Assembly (NCBI GenBank): GCA_018821745.1
Contig: JAHJLU010000476.1
Span: 1 to 32,441 of the forward strand
From: Myxococcota bacterium
Lineage (GTDB): Bacteria > Myxococcota_A > Polyangia > HGW-17
Reading direction: 5' to 3'
DNA: 32,441 bases
This document shows, piece by piece, positions 16,901-26,300 of the stretch. The position numbers were made by a program, and so were the translations under genes. The notes beneath the pieces were generated by a model. It saw only the letters and a list, made by a program, of their open reading frames with translations, searched no databases and was not told the origin of the DNA. The stretch's first letter is position 1. Each line of letters begins with the position of its first letter.

Positions 16901-18043
16901 ATGGATACCCAACACGCAGTTTTATCAAAAACGGAGCACTCTTTGTTGCTCAAGCGGATGGCGCTTGTCTCCGAAGATCCTATCGTCGGTTGCCTCATGA
17001 AACTCATGGCGGGGGTGGTGCTCGTTCTCGACGAGAATCGGCAAATCATCGGTGTGAACCAGAGCGCGCTCGCCAAAATGGGCATTGCCGGTGGGACGGA
17101 GCAGATCCTTGGCCTGCGTCCGGGGGAGGCTTTCCACTGCAAGTTCTCCAAAGAAGACCCAAACGGGTGCGGGAACACCCCCTATTGCGAAACGTGCGGT
17201 GCGGCTCTTGCGATTATCAGTGGGCTGAACCCCGGCGGGGAGAGTGTCCGCTACTGTTCCATGACCACCGTGGAGGAGGGGGGTGAAGCCAACTATTTGT
17301 TCCGCGTGACGGGGAGATATCTGAACCTGGGGAGCTCCCACGCAGTGCTGGTGCTCTTTGAAGACGTGACCCTGAGCCAGCTGTGGTCCACCATGCACAA
17401 CAGCTTCCTCCATGATCTCAACAACACCGCCACGGCCCTCATTGGCACGGCTGAACTCCTTGATATAAGTGGTGAAGAGAAAGAACTCGTTGACGACATG
17501 AAGGTGCTCTCCCGGAGGCTCTCCAAGGAGATCGATATCCACCGCTGCCTGCTGGGTGATATGAACGCCTCCCTGCGCACCGACCTCACGGAGATAACCC
17601 TTGGCCAGATCTATTCGGAGCTTACGGGGAGAGTCAGGCAGTTCCATGACCGCAAAGGACGCGACGACTTCAGGCTCATGCCGGGGTGTGAGAATATTGC
17701 GGTCTTCAGCGATTTTACCCTCCTCTTGCGGGTGATCTTCAACATGGTGACCAACGCCATGGAGGCAACCCGTGCACACGAGACTGTGACCCTTGGGGCG
17801 ACTCACAGGGGAGACATGGTGACCATCTTTGTCCACAACCCGGGGATGATTCCCGTGGCTGTTCAGCGACGCATCTTCCAGCTCCATTTTTCCACAAAAT
17901 CCAGCATGGGAAGGGGCACGGGGACGGCCTCCATGAGGCTCATCGGCGAGAGATTTCTGGGGGGAAGCGTGGGGTTTGTTTCGACCGAGTCCGAGGGCAC
18001 CGTGTTCACTATAGAGCTGCCGTCCCCCGCGGCCATTCAGTAG
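16901..18043 (+). CDS. Cytoplasmic sensor histidine kinase with Cys-rich PAS-like N-terminal domain
   Basis: GGAGG RBS then ATG at 16901. H-box FLHDLNN, N-box IFNMVTNAMEA, F-box IFQLHFSTKS, G2 GRGTGT. PAS-like VLVLDENRQIIGVNQSA followed by Cx9Cx5Cx2C. Confidence 0.92.
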   Translation: MDTQHAVLSKTEHSLLLKRMALVSEDPIVGCLMKLMAGVVLVLDENRQIIGVNQSALAKMGIAGGTEQILGLRPGEAFHCKFSKEDPNGCGNTPYCETCGAALAIISGLNPGGESVRYCSMTTVEEGGEANYLFRVTGRYLNLGSSHAVLVLFEDVTLSQLWSTMHNSFLHDLNNTATALIGTAELLDISGEEKELVDDMKVLSRRLSKEIDIHRCLLGDMNASLRTDLTEITLGQIYSELTGRVRQFHDRKGRDDFRLMPGCENIAVFSDFTLLLRVIFNMVTNAMEATRAHETVTLGATHRGDMVTIFVHNPGMIPVAVQRRIFQLHFSTKSSMGRGTGTASMRLIGERFLGGSVGFVSTESEGTVFTIELPSPAAIQ

Positions 18044-19917
18044 GAGACACGAAACACTTTGCCGGCGCGCAGGAGGATCTCCTTCTCGCGGGTTGCGATT
18101 CCCTTGCCCGCGACAATGACGCTGGCCCGGATGGTGGGTTGATTCCAGATCCGGGGGAAGGATACCTCAAGGGGCGCTCCCGGTGTGCCCGAGAGTGTCT
18201 GCTTGTTTCCTTCAAGGAGGCGCACCGCCACGGCGCTCCCAGCGGGGGCGGTGACGATAACCCTTGCGGGTCGCCACGTGAGGCGCTGGGCGATCTTGCT
18301 TCCAGCCATATCTTCTTGAATTACAACCGTTTTTGTGTAGCACAGGGGGTGCTTGAACACCAGGACGTGTTTCCCCGGCCCAACGGATACAGAGGAGATG
18401 GCGGGAGGGCGCGGTCCCCACTGTCCAAGGGTTTTCCCGTTGAGGATAATGGTGACCTGTCCCTGGGGAAAGGGAAAGATCTGGAAGGATCGCTGGACGC
18501 CTGCCATGACAGGCAACTTCACCATGTGCTGCGGGTGCATGACGGGGCGAATTCTCATGGATGGCCCCATGTTCATGGAGAGACCCGGCTCCATGCCCAT
18601 CTCCATGGTGGGAGGGGTCATCACATCGAAGGGGGAGCCGTCATCAACGAGGCTGACGGGGGGATCCATGTCCATATCGGAGACGGGAGTGCTGTCATTG
18701 GTCACAGGAATCATGGCAGGCTTTCCCATGACCGTGGATTTGGCCGCAACCCGGGTGTGGGGCTTGTGTACCTTTGAGGAGGGGCTGTTGCGCATCAGAA
18801 GGAAGATGACGACGCCCAGAATCAAGGCTCCCGTTGCGGCGGCCACCGCCGCGATGATCTTCCACGGGCGCCTTCGTTCCAAGGCCTGGAGCTCATCAAA
18901 GAGCAGGTTCACCTCATCGTTGTCGGGGACCAGATGGAGCAGCCGGGCTACGATTTGCTGGCCCATGGGTGTTGCCACCTGGGCCTTTGCGAGCTCCAGA
19001 AAAGAATCAACAACCCGGGGAAAGAGCTCGTCTTCCGTGGCGTTCTGGTTGGCCACCAGTTTTTTGACGAGGGCCGGGATTGTCTTCGCCTCGATTCCTG
19101 CCATGGCCAGGAGCTTCTCGATGGAAACCAGCAGCGCCGCTGTTGACTCTGGACGATCCTCCGGGTCCTGCTCCATGCACTTGCGGATGAGGCGGGCAAC
19201 AGGAGCCCCGATCTCGGGGCGAACGGATTCGGGATCGGGGTAATCCGTCTCGGCGATTTTAATAAGGACCGCGTGGGGGTTGTTCCCGGTAAACGGGAGC
19301 TCCCAGGTGGACATCTCGTAGAGGAGAATTCCCAGGGAGAAAATATCCGACGCCTTGCCGGAACTCTTGCCCTTGATGATCTCGGGGGCCATGAAGGCGG
19401 GTGAGCCGAGGATCTGGCCCGTGGACGTGATCCCCGGGTTCTCCACAATTCTCGAGATCCCAAAGTCCATGAGTTTTATCTGACCATCGGTGGTGATCAT
19501 GATGTTTTCGGGCTTGAGATCCCTGTGGATAATGCCCATCTCGTGGGCATGATTGAGCGCAGTGGTGATCTGATGCAGGATAAGGAGTGCCGACTCCGCC
19601 AGGAGGAGACGGTGGTCCTCCAGGAAGCTTGCCAGCGTGATCCCGTTGACAAACTCTGTGACGATATAGGCGTGTTTGGAGTTTTTGCCGGAATAATCAA
19701 AAACATTGGGGATGAGAGGGTGATTGAGGCTTGCCACGGCGCGGGCTTCTGACTGGAGGCGCTTGCGGGCCTGGATATCTTCGGTGAGATACGGATGGAG
19801 GAGTTTGAGCGCGACGATCCTTCCCAGTGAAGTATCTTCGGCCCTATAGACTACAGCCATCCCGCCGCGTCCGACCTCTTCCAGCAGTGAGTATTTATCG
19901 ATCTTCTTGTTATCCAT
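18037..19917 (-). CDS. Membrane-anchored Hanks-type Ser/Thr protein kinase
   Basis: GRGGMAVVY, VALK, HRDLKPEN, DFG, FMAPE, SDIFSLG. One TM helix (IIAAVAAATGALILGVVIFLL), a Met/Pro-rich linker and a PEGA-like C-terminus. Confidence 0.96.
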   Translation of the reverse strand: MDNKKIDKYSLLEEVGRGGMAVVYRAEDTSLGRIVALKLLHPYLTEDIQARKRLQSEARAVASLNHPLIPNVFDYSGKNSKHAYIVTEFVNGITLASFLEDHRLLLAESALLILHQITTALNHAHEMGIIHRDLKPENIMITTDGQIKLMDFGISRIVENPGITSTGQILGSPAFMAPEIIKGKSSGKASDIFSLGILLYEMSTWELPFTGNNPHAVLIKIAETDYPDPESVRPEIGAPVARLIRKCMEQDPEDRPESTAALLVSIEKLLAMAGIEAKTIPALVKKLVANQNATEDELFPRVVDSFLELAKAQVATPMGQQIVARLLHLVPDNDEVNLLFDELQALERRRPWKIIAAVAAATGALILGVVIFLLMRNSPSSKVHKPHTRVAAKSTVMGKPAMIPVTNDSTPVSDMDMDPPVSLVDDGSPFDVMTPPTMEMGMEPGLSMNMGPSMRIRPVMHPQHMVKLPVMAGVQRSFQIFPFPQGQVTIILNGKTLGQWGPRPPAISSVSVGPGKHVLVFKHPLCYTKTVVIQEDMAGSKIAQRLTWRPARVIVTAPAGSAVAVRLLEGNKQTLSGTPGAPLEVSFPRIWNQPTIRASVIVAGKGIATREKEILLRAGKVFRVSY

Positions 19918-20004
19918 TACATCGCCGTCATCAGGGATGGATTTCCATCCGCCCCAGTAATACCACGACCCGCTTCTTTTCTACACTGTTTTATAGGGGT
20001 TTCT

Positions 20005-22344
20005 TTATCCGGCCGCTTCACCGATGAGAAGATCCTGGTTGATCGCCATGGCAATTTTTTTTGCTGGCTCATGTTCGGGTCTTGAGAGCCCGGGATCCTC
20101 GTCAAGAATGGTTCTGGCGTCGGCCCGCGCCTTGAGGAGCCATGCAAGCAGGGCTCTCCCAAGGAGCATGCTCCCCGACTTCAAACCCAGATCTCCCGAT
20201 TGCCGAGTGCCGATCATCTCGCCAGGGCCCCGCATGCGGAGATCCTCCTCGGCAAGCATGAAACCGTCGTGGTTGTTTGCCAGCAGCTCCAGGCGCTCCT
20301 TCCCCTCGGGAGAAGGTCGCCGTGAGGTGAAGAGGGTGCAGCGGGCGGTGAGATCAGCTCTTCGCCCGACTCTGCCGCGGAGCTGGTGGAGCTGGGCCAA
20401 CCCGAACCGATCAGCTTCCATGATGATCATGTTGGAGGCGTCTGGGATATCCATGCCCACCTCAATGACCGTGGTGGTCACCAGCAGGTTTGTCTTTCCC
20501 AGCCGGAAGTCCTGGATAATTTCATCCTTTCGGGTGCTGTCCATTCGCCCGTGGAGGGCGGCGATCCGTGCCTCTTTCATGTTTTCGTGAAGGTACTCCA
20601 GCACCGTCTCCAGATCGGTGCGGCCGGTCTCCTCGCTCTTGTCGATGAGGGGGACCACCACGAATCCCTTCTCACCCTGTGACAGAAATGTATCCAACCG
20701 GGAAATGACCTTCTTCTTTTCGGGCTGCTTTGAACAGATGCTGGTGAAAGGAGGGGTGCGCCCCGGGGGCATTCCATGGATAATGGACTGATCCAGATCG
20801 CCGTAGGCGGTGAGCGCCAGAGTTCTGGGGATGGGAGTGGCGGTCATTACGACCAGGTGTGGCAGGTCTCCTTTTTCGCGGAGACGTGCTCTCTGGGCAA
20901 CACCAAAACGGTGTTGTTCATCAATAATGACCAGGCCGAGGTCGTCAAACCTCACTCTGTCCTGTATCAACGCGTGGGTCCCAACGAGCAGGTTGATGTG
21001 GCCGGATTCCAACATGGCCAGCAGTGACTCGCGCTCGCCGGAGGTGAGCTCGGAGGTGAGCAGCGCGCTCTTCATGCCCAGCTTTTTCGCCCACTGGGAC
21101 ATGGTGATAAACTGTTGCTGTGCGAGAATTGTTGTGGGTGCCATGCAGGCAACCTGTCGGCCTGTGAGCATTATGTGTGCCGCCAAAATGAACGCAACTG
21201 CAGTCTTGCCGCTTCCCACGTCTCCCTGGAGGAGGCGGTTCATGGGGATCCCCGATTCCATATCGGTGAGCATCTCCTCCACTGCCTGCTGTTGGCCCGC
21301 AGTCAGGGGGAAGGGAAAGACAGAGAGGATGTCCCGGTGGTGCTCGCGCAGGATACGGCACGCACCCGTTGCTCTGGACTGGTTTTGTCGCATGGAGAGG
21401 GCGAGCTGGAGGAAAAAGAGCTCCTCGTAGGCGATGCGGATGAAGGCGCTGTGTTTTCTCTGGAGCAGAAGTTCAAGATCCTCGCCGCACAGCTCACTGT
21501 GGGGCCTGTGAGCCAATTTACGCGCCTTGTGCCATGAGGGAAACTCATGACGTTCAATGATGCTCCGGGGTAAGGGGTCCGCATATTCCTCCGGGAGGAG
21601 GGCGAGGGCGTTCTCCATGATGTTTGTGAAGGTCTTCTCTCCCACACCCTGGATTTTCGAATAGATCACCTGGATCTCCCGGGGGCGCTCCAGGGAGAAC
21701 CCGGGGTGACTCAGGGTGAACTCTTTTCCCCGCAGTGTGGGGCGTCCCCAGAACCAGAAAGCGGCTCCCTTTTTGATCACCGCGGCGATTCCCGGCCACG
21801 CGTGGAACCAACTGAGACGGACTGTACCGGAACCGTCGGTCGCCTCTGCAAAGCAGCGTCCCCGCGCCGCCATCACTTTGGTGAGGGTGACGTGGATCAG
21901 GGAAAATTCTCCGTCGGCAAGCTGGGCTACGGGGATTGGGGTTCTCAGATCCAGATAGTCCCGGGGGTAGAAAGCCATGAGGTCGCCGAGGGTAGCTATT
22001 CCTGCCGCTTTGAGGCTCTCTTCGATTTTTGGACCGACCCCCTTCACCACCGAGAGGGGGCTCTGATGAAAACGCTCCAGGGGCGAGAGATCGTCATCAC
22101 CGGACAGGGAAACTTTCGTCTTTTTTTTACGGACGGGTTTCTCCTTGAGGAGGCCGCTGTCGAAGTACCGCAGGCCCTCCCCGCACAGTTTTGCCGAGGG
22201 GTAGTCGGCGTCGAGGATCTTTGATGCCCAGATTTCACAGCCATCTGTGGTGCAGATGGCCCTGGAGATGAGCTCTTTGAGCGCATTCCACCCCTCGAGA
22301 TCGCTGTTGGTCATGGAAAAAAGGAGGCGTTCACGGAGATTCAT
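20005..22344 (-). CDS. recG: ATP-dependent DNA helicase RecG
   Basis: VKGVGPK, FYPRDYLD, MNRLLQGDVGSGKT, IDEQHRFGV.QR, MTATPIPRTL, TTVIEVG, RFGLAQLHQLRGRVGR, DLRMRGPGE..GTRQSG. Confidence 0.97.
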   Translation of the reverse strand: MNLRERLLFSMTNSDLEGWNALKELISRAICTTDGCEIWASKILDADYPSAKLCGEGLRYFDSGLLKEKPVRKKKTKVSLSGDDDLSPLERFHQSPLSVVKGVGPKIEESLKAAGIATLGDLMAFYPRDYLDLRTPIPVAQLADGEFSLIHVTLTKVMAARGRCFAEATDGSGTVRLSWFHAWPGIAAVIKKGAAFWFWGRPTLRGKEFTLSHPGFSLERPREIQVIYSKIQGVGEKTFTNIMENALALLPEEYADPLPRSIIERHEFPSWHKARKLAHRPHSELCGEDLELLLQRKHSAFIRIAYEELFFLQLALSMRQNQSRATGACRILREHHRDILSVFPFPLTAGQQQAVEEMLTDMESGIPMNRLLQGDVGSGKTAVAFILAAHIMLTGRQVACMAPTTILAQQQFITMSQWAKKLGMKSALLTSELTSGERESLLAMLESGHINLLVGTHALIQDRVRFDDLGLVIIDEQHRFGVAQRARLREKGDLPHLVVMTATPIPRTLALTAYGDLDQSIIHGMPPGRTPPFTSICSKQPEKKKVISRLDTFLSQGEKGFVVVPLIDKSEETGRTDLETVLEYLHENMKEARIAALHGRMDSTRKDEIIQDFRLGKTNLLVTTTVIEVGMDIPDASNMIIMEADRFGLAQLHQLRGRVGRRADLTARCTLFTSRRPSPEGKERLELLANNHDGFMLAEEDLRMRGPGEMIGTRQSGDLGLKSGSMLLGRALLAWLLKARADARTILDEDPGLSRPEHEPAKKIAMAINQDLLIGEAAG

Positions 22345-22362
22345 GCTGGTGAGATCGTGCTG

Positions 22363-22971
22363 CTACTTGAACGTGAACCGGACCTGATTTTCACAGAGAC
22401 TGAAAATGTCGCCCTCATCAATGCGTTTGTTGTCAATGCGCATGCCGTTGTATTCGATGCCGTTTGTGGATCCGAGATCCTTGATGTAATACTGGCCGTT
22501 GCGCTTGATGACCGCCGCGTGCTTTCGGGAAATATTGGCATCTTTGATGGTGAGGTCGCACAGTTTGCTCACCCGCCCGATGATAAACTGATCCTTGTCA
22601 ATGGGGAGCTTCTCGTCCTCATGGATGATGTAGAGGGTGAGCGGCGCCGAATCGGGCTTTGACTCGCTGAAAAGTTCTGCCCCGAGGCTGAAGGCACCAG
22701 AGCTTGTGGCCCTTCGACCCGCAACGGGGATGGGGGGCATGACGTTGTTCTGGTTGATGGCGAATTCAACCGTCGGCGGGTTGGTGCTGCCCGTGGGAAT
22801 CTGGGATCCGGCACTCTCCCCGAACTCATACCCTTTATTCTTTGCGTAGTGCCGCATGGCCTCATTGATGAGATAATCCACAGAAACGGCGAAATCAGAA
22901 GCCATGGTCTCGAAGATTTCCCAATAGGCGTCCCGACAGTAGAAATGCCGCATTGATTTTTTTGCGTCCAT
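22363..22971 (-). CDS. FHA-domain protein with N-terminal ribbon-helix-helix-like region
   Basis: FHA motifs FIIGR, ISRKHA and DLGSTNG. The N-terminus has a beta strand plus ...SVDYLINEAMRHY. GAGGAGG RBS. Confidence 0.9.
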   Translation of the reverse strand: MDAKKSMRHFYCRDAYWEIFETMASDFAVSVDYLINEAMRHYAKNKGYEFGESAGSQIPTGSTNPPTVEFAINQNNVMPPIPVAGRRATSSGAFSLGAELFSESKPDSAPLTLYIIHEDEKLPIDKDQFIIGRVSKLCDLTIKDANISRKHAAVIKRNGQYYIKDLGSTNGIEYNGMRIDNKRIDEGDIFSLCENQVRFTFK

Positions 22972-23028
22972 ATTTGCCTCCTCACGTTCGGAGAATATTA
23001 CACAATAACCATTAATTGTGAAAAGTAA

Positions 23029-24561
23029 TTATTTACTTTTCAGCAGCCGATTTTCCATGGCTGCCTTGACACTGGTGGTGAATTCCCCGACGGTTTTCCC
23101 CCAGTTTGCGATGGGGCGACCATCCAGCAGAAAGGGAGAAAGCAGTGGAATATCATTTTTTTCTCCAAATCCGCTCAACCCCCAAATGGCAGGGATAATC
23201 ACCTCAATCTTCTTCGAAGTGATGTTTTTTCGTAAAGCAGGGAGAAGAATCTTTTTATCCATGGAACCGAAGGAATCAATGATTTTTGTTAATACATTGA
23301 AATTCAATGTATTATTAGCTGTCGGAAGAAGGAGTTTCAGGGCTTTGTCCTGGCCGGTGCACAAAAGCAGCCGATAAAGAATCGGTTTAATGGAGTCACG
23401 GGCTTCAAAAAGCTCGCCCTTGAGGGGCATGGTGTAGATGGCCCTGAGAAAATCAAATTCTTCGGATTTCATTTGACATGAGCGGTTGTAAAAGAGCCCC
23501 TTGGCGGCGCTCTTGGCAATTTTTGCCACCTCTTCGCTGCTCGAACGTTGATTTTTCAGATCCGTGAGGAATGGCTTGAATTCTTCATAGAGCAGCTCCA
23601 TGGAGAGGGGATCTTCCAACAGCATTGCCAGGGCCTCATGGGCGGCCAGTCTGATACTGGAGTTGGTTCCCGGTTTGATGAAATTTGCCAGGAAGAGCGC
23701 CGCGCCTTGGGGCTTCAGTGTTCCCAGCGCCCGCAGGGAGACAATCTTGAATTGTTTGGTCTTGATCATTATCTGGAGAATTTTTTCTCCGGCGGATTTT
23801 TTCTCGTGCGGGGTGGCGAATGTGTTGAGCAGGGCAAGATCTGCCAGTTGATCCGCGTTGGGGCGGGTGGTGGAGAAGTTCTCGATGGTTTGTTTTACCA
23901 ACTGGATCCTCAGCGCCTCGAAATAGGTACCATAGATCTGCTGCAGTTTGGATCGCGCCTCGGGTTTTTTGTGGAGGCCAGCCCGTTTTTGGAGGTCAAC
24001 TGCAGCGGGCCCGCGGGTCTTCAGGTCTTTTCGGATATACCGTGCGTGGGCCGTGGCCAAAGAACCCCGATCTTTTTCTGGGAGGCGGTTCCAGAGCGTC
24101 TCCAGCGCCCTGAAAAACTTGAAATCGCCTTTCTCCATGCGATTTTCCATGTCTTTGGCGAACCAGGCGAAGGCGGCAGTGGCGCTGCTCGCTTCCATTT
24201 TGGGTGTCATGAACCGTGCCATGGCAAAGAGCGCGTCTTTGGAGGAGACACCCAGGTTCTGATCCTCCAGAAGTTTAATGAGCAAGGGGTGGATGGCTGT
24301 GAGCACTGCCCCGGCCTTGTCGGGATTTTTTGTGTTCAGCGTCGAGAAACTTTTGGCAGCCCTCACAACACGACCCAGGCGGATCAGTGCATAGGTTGCC
24401 TGGGTGAGAGTGGCAGCGTCATCTGTCCCTTTGTCCACCAAGGCTGTGAGGCCGTCGGTATCCTTCGCTTCATACAGATCGGCCACAGTTTTGGTTTTTT
24501 TCCCGCAGCCCGATGCCAGGAGCGCCATTGTCAGAATCGGAAAAACTAGTTTATTAACCAT
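23029..24561 (-). CDS. Putative alpha-helical (HEAT-repeat-like) lipoprotein
   Basis: Start MVNKLVFPILTMALLASGC (lipobox). HEAT-like segments IRLAAHEALAML and VIIPAIWGLSGFG. Confidence 0.75.
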   Translation of the reverse strand: MVNKLVFPILTMALLASGCGKKTKTVADLYEAKDTDGLTALVDKGTDDAATLTQATYALIRLGRVVRAAKSFSTLNTKNPDKAGAVLTAIHPLLIKLLEDQNLGVSSKDALFAMARFMTPKMEASSATAAFAWFAKDMENRMEKGDFKFFRALETLWNRLPEKDRGSLATAHARYIRKDLKTRGPAAVDLQKRAGLHKKPEARSKLQQIYGTYFEALRIQLVKQTIENFSTTRPNADQLADLALLNTFATPHEKKSAGEKILQIMIKTKQFKIVSLRALGTLKPQGAALFLANFIKPGTNSSIRLAAHEALAMLLEDPLSMELLYEEFKPFLTDLKNQRSSSEEVAKIAKSAAKGLFYNRSCQMKSEEFDFLRAIYTMPLKGELFEARDSIKPILYRLLLCTGQDKALKLLLPTANNTLNFNVLTKIIDSFGSMDKKILLPALRKNITSKKIEVIIPAIWGLSGFGEKNDIPLLSPFLLDGRPIANWGKTVGEFTTSVKAAMENRLLKSK

Positions 24562-24725
24562 GAAACACCTTTGGTGAAGGGTCCGATGTGGCAGTTTGTC
24601 GGTGCTGCCCATGAGAGAGAACGGAAAGAATCCGTGGGCCGCATTATAGGACCTGTGAGGCCCTACGTCAATTGCGGCAACCAAAGTGCTTGACACGCAA
24701 CGGACAAAACGGAAAAGATACGCCC

Positions 24726-26216
24726 ATGGAAATCAGTTATAAAATCTTGATCGTTTCCAGTTCTTCCCGGACCAGATTCATTGCGTCCTTGTTTAACAAC
24801 ACCCTCGGGGAACCGGGATCCGAAGGAATTACCGTCAGGGACGAGGGCTCGGCAACTGCTTATCGTCTTCATTTTGTAGAAGGATTTGATGCCGCTTTTG
24901 TGGCCCTTCGGAGCCAGCCTTTTCAGGGACTCATCCTTGAGGGGGACTTTGATGGTCAGAGCGGCCTGAGGTTTTTGCAGACGCTGTCCAACATCCCATA
25001 TAATATCAGAAATGTAACACCGCGTCAGGTGCTGCTGCTGTACATCGGGGAGGCCCCCTCCGCCGACACCCTGCTCCGTCTGGGCAAGCTCAACGCCGGT
25101 GGTGTCCATGTGGTAAACGGCGGGAAACGAAAGGGCGAGAGGACCAGCATTTTTCACTCTCTTTCCCAGGTGCTGCGACCGAGGAACTCCGGCAAGACAG
25201 CCATCTGTCTTGCGGGTGGAGGGATCGAGGGGCTGATCTATGAGACAGGGGTGCTCAGGGCCATCGACGAAATTCTGGTTGGCCGCAGTGTGACCGAGTT
25301 TGATCACTTCTATGGCATCAGCGCGGGGAGCGTCGTCTCTTCCATCGTGGCCAACGGCGTGCCTCCCTCTGAAATCGCCAAGGCATTCATGCTGGATTCC
25401 ACTGTTATCAGCCCGATCAAGTCTTCCTCCCTGTTTGACCCCGCCATATCGGAAATTGGTGGTCGGCTCCTGAGCCTCATCACCTCATCGGCGGACGAGC
25501 GGGGGTGGTTGTTTCCCCGACTCTTCTCCGTTATTCCCAGCGCCCTCTTCAAAGGAGATCGCATCGAAAAAATGCTGGAGAAGGGCTTCTCGGAGGTAGG
25601 ACGAACCAACAGCTTCGAAGAGCTGGGGGGGAAACTCTTTATTGGAGCGACGGATCAGGACACCAGTGAGCATATTGTTTTTGGAACCCCCGGGTGGGAG
25701 CATGTCCCTATCTCCAGGGCGATTCACGCCTCCCTCTCCCTCATCCCGTTTTATGCACCCCAGTGTATCAGCGGTCGCTGGTTCATCGACGGCTCCTTTA
25801 CCAGGACCTCCGAGGTGGAGTTGGCAATCGCCCAGGGGGCCACACTCATCGTTGTGGTGGACCCGCTCATCCCCATAAAGGCTTCCCAGTCGGGGTATGT
25901 TCGATCAAAAGGTGGTGTTTTTGCCACCATTCAGTCTATCAAAGCCCTTGTGAACACGCGCTTCATGGGAATGCTTCCCCACCTGGTGGAGTCTCATCCC
26001 GAGGTGGACTTCCTCATCTTTCTCCCCGGCGAGGAGGATATGTCCATCATGAGCGGGACTCTCTTCAAATACCGGTACCGCATGGAGATTGATCGCATCG
26101 CCTATGACGCTGCACTCGACACCATGAGGAAAGATGAGGTGAGGGTCCGTGAAATTTTTGCCAGACACGGCTTTGAAGTTTCCATTCCCCAGGGAAACTC
26201 CAACGGTGCATCCTGA
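24726..26216 (+). CDS. Patatin-like phospholipase/esterase with N-terminal extension
   Basis: Oxyanion motif LAGGGIEG, nucleophile motif GISAG (GxSxG), catalytic FIDGS, IHASLS. Confidence 0.92.
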   Translation: MEISYKILIVSSSSRTRFIASLFNNTLGEPGSEGITVRDEGSATAYRLHFVEGFDAAFVALRSQPFQGLILEGDFDGQSGLRFLQTLSNIPYNIRNVTPRQVLLLYIGEAPSADTLLRLGKLNAGGVHVVNGGKRKGERTSIFHSLSQVLRPRNSGKTAICLAGGGIEGLIYETGVLRAIDEILVGRSVTEFDHFYGISAGSVVSSIVANGVPPSEIAKAFMLDSTVISPIKSSSLFDPAISEIGGRLLSLITSSADERGWLFPRLFSVIPSALFKGDRIEKMLEKGFSEVGRTNSFEELGGKLFIGATDQDTSEHIVFGTPGWEHVPISRAIHASLSLIPFYAPQCISGRWFIDGSFTRTSEVELAIAQGATLIVVVDPLIPIKASQSGYVRSKGGVFATIQSIKALVNTRFMGMLPHLVESHPEVDFLIFLPGEEDMSIMSGTLFKYRYRMEIDRIAYDAALDTMRKDEVRVREIFARHGFEVSIPQGNSNGAS

Positions 26217-26266
26217 TGTATCGAGGACCAGGAACAATCCCTGCGGGGCGGTTTTTTATTTGAGAC

Positions 26267-26300
26267 TTGCTTTTACCCCCCAAGGTCATAGAATTTGAAC
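26267..26300 (+). promoter_or_regulatory. Candidate promoter giving a leaderless mRNA (TTGCTT-N16-TAGAAT-N6-ATG)
   Basis: The -10 hexamer at 26289-26294 lies 6 nt before the ATG at 26301, and there is no SD. Confidence 0.5.

Noticed and set aside
19917-20162. 81-aa ORF bridging recG and the kinase
   Set aside because: It mostly overlaps the recG 3' end in another frame and has no RBS or motif.
26235-26262. Terminator after the patatin gene
   Set aside because: A T tract is present but the preceding stem is only 3-4 bp, too weak to call.
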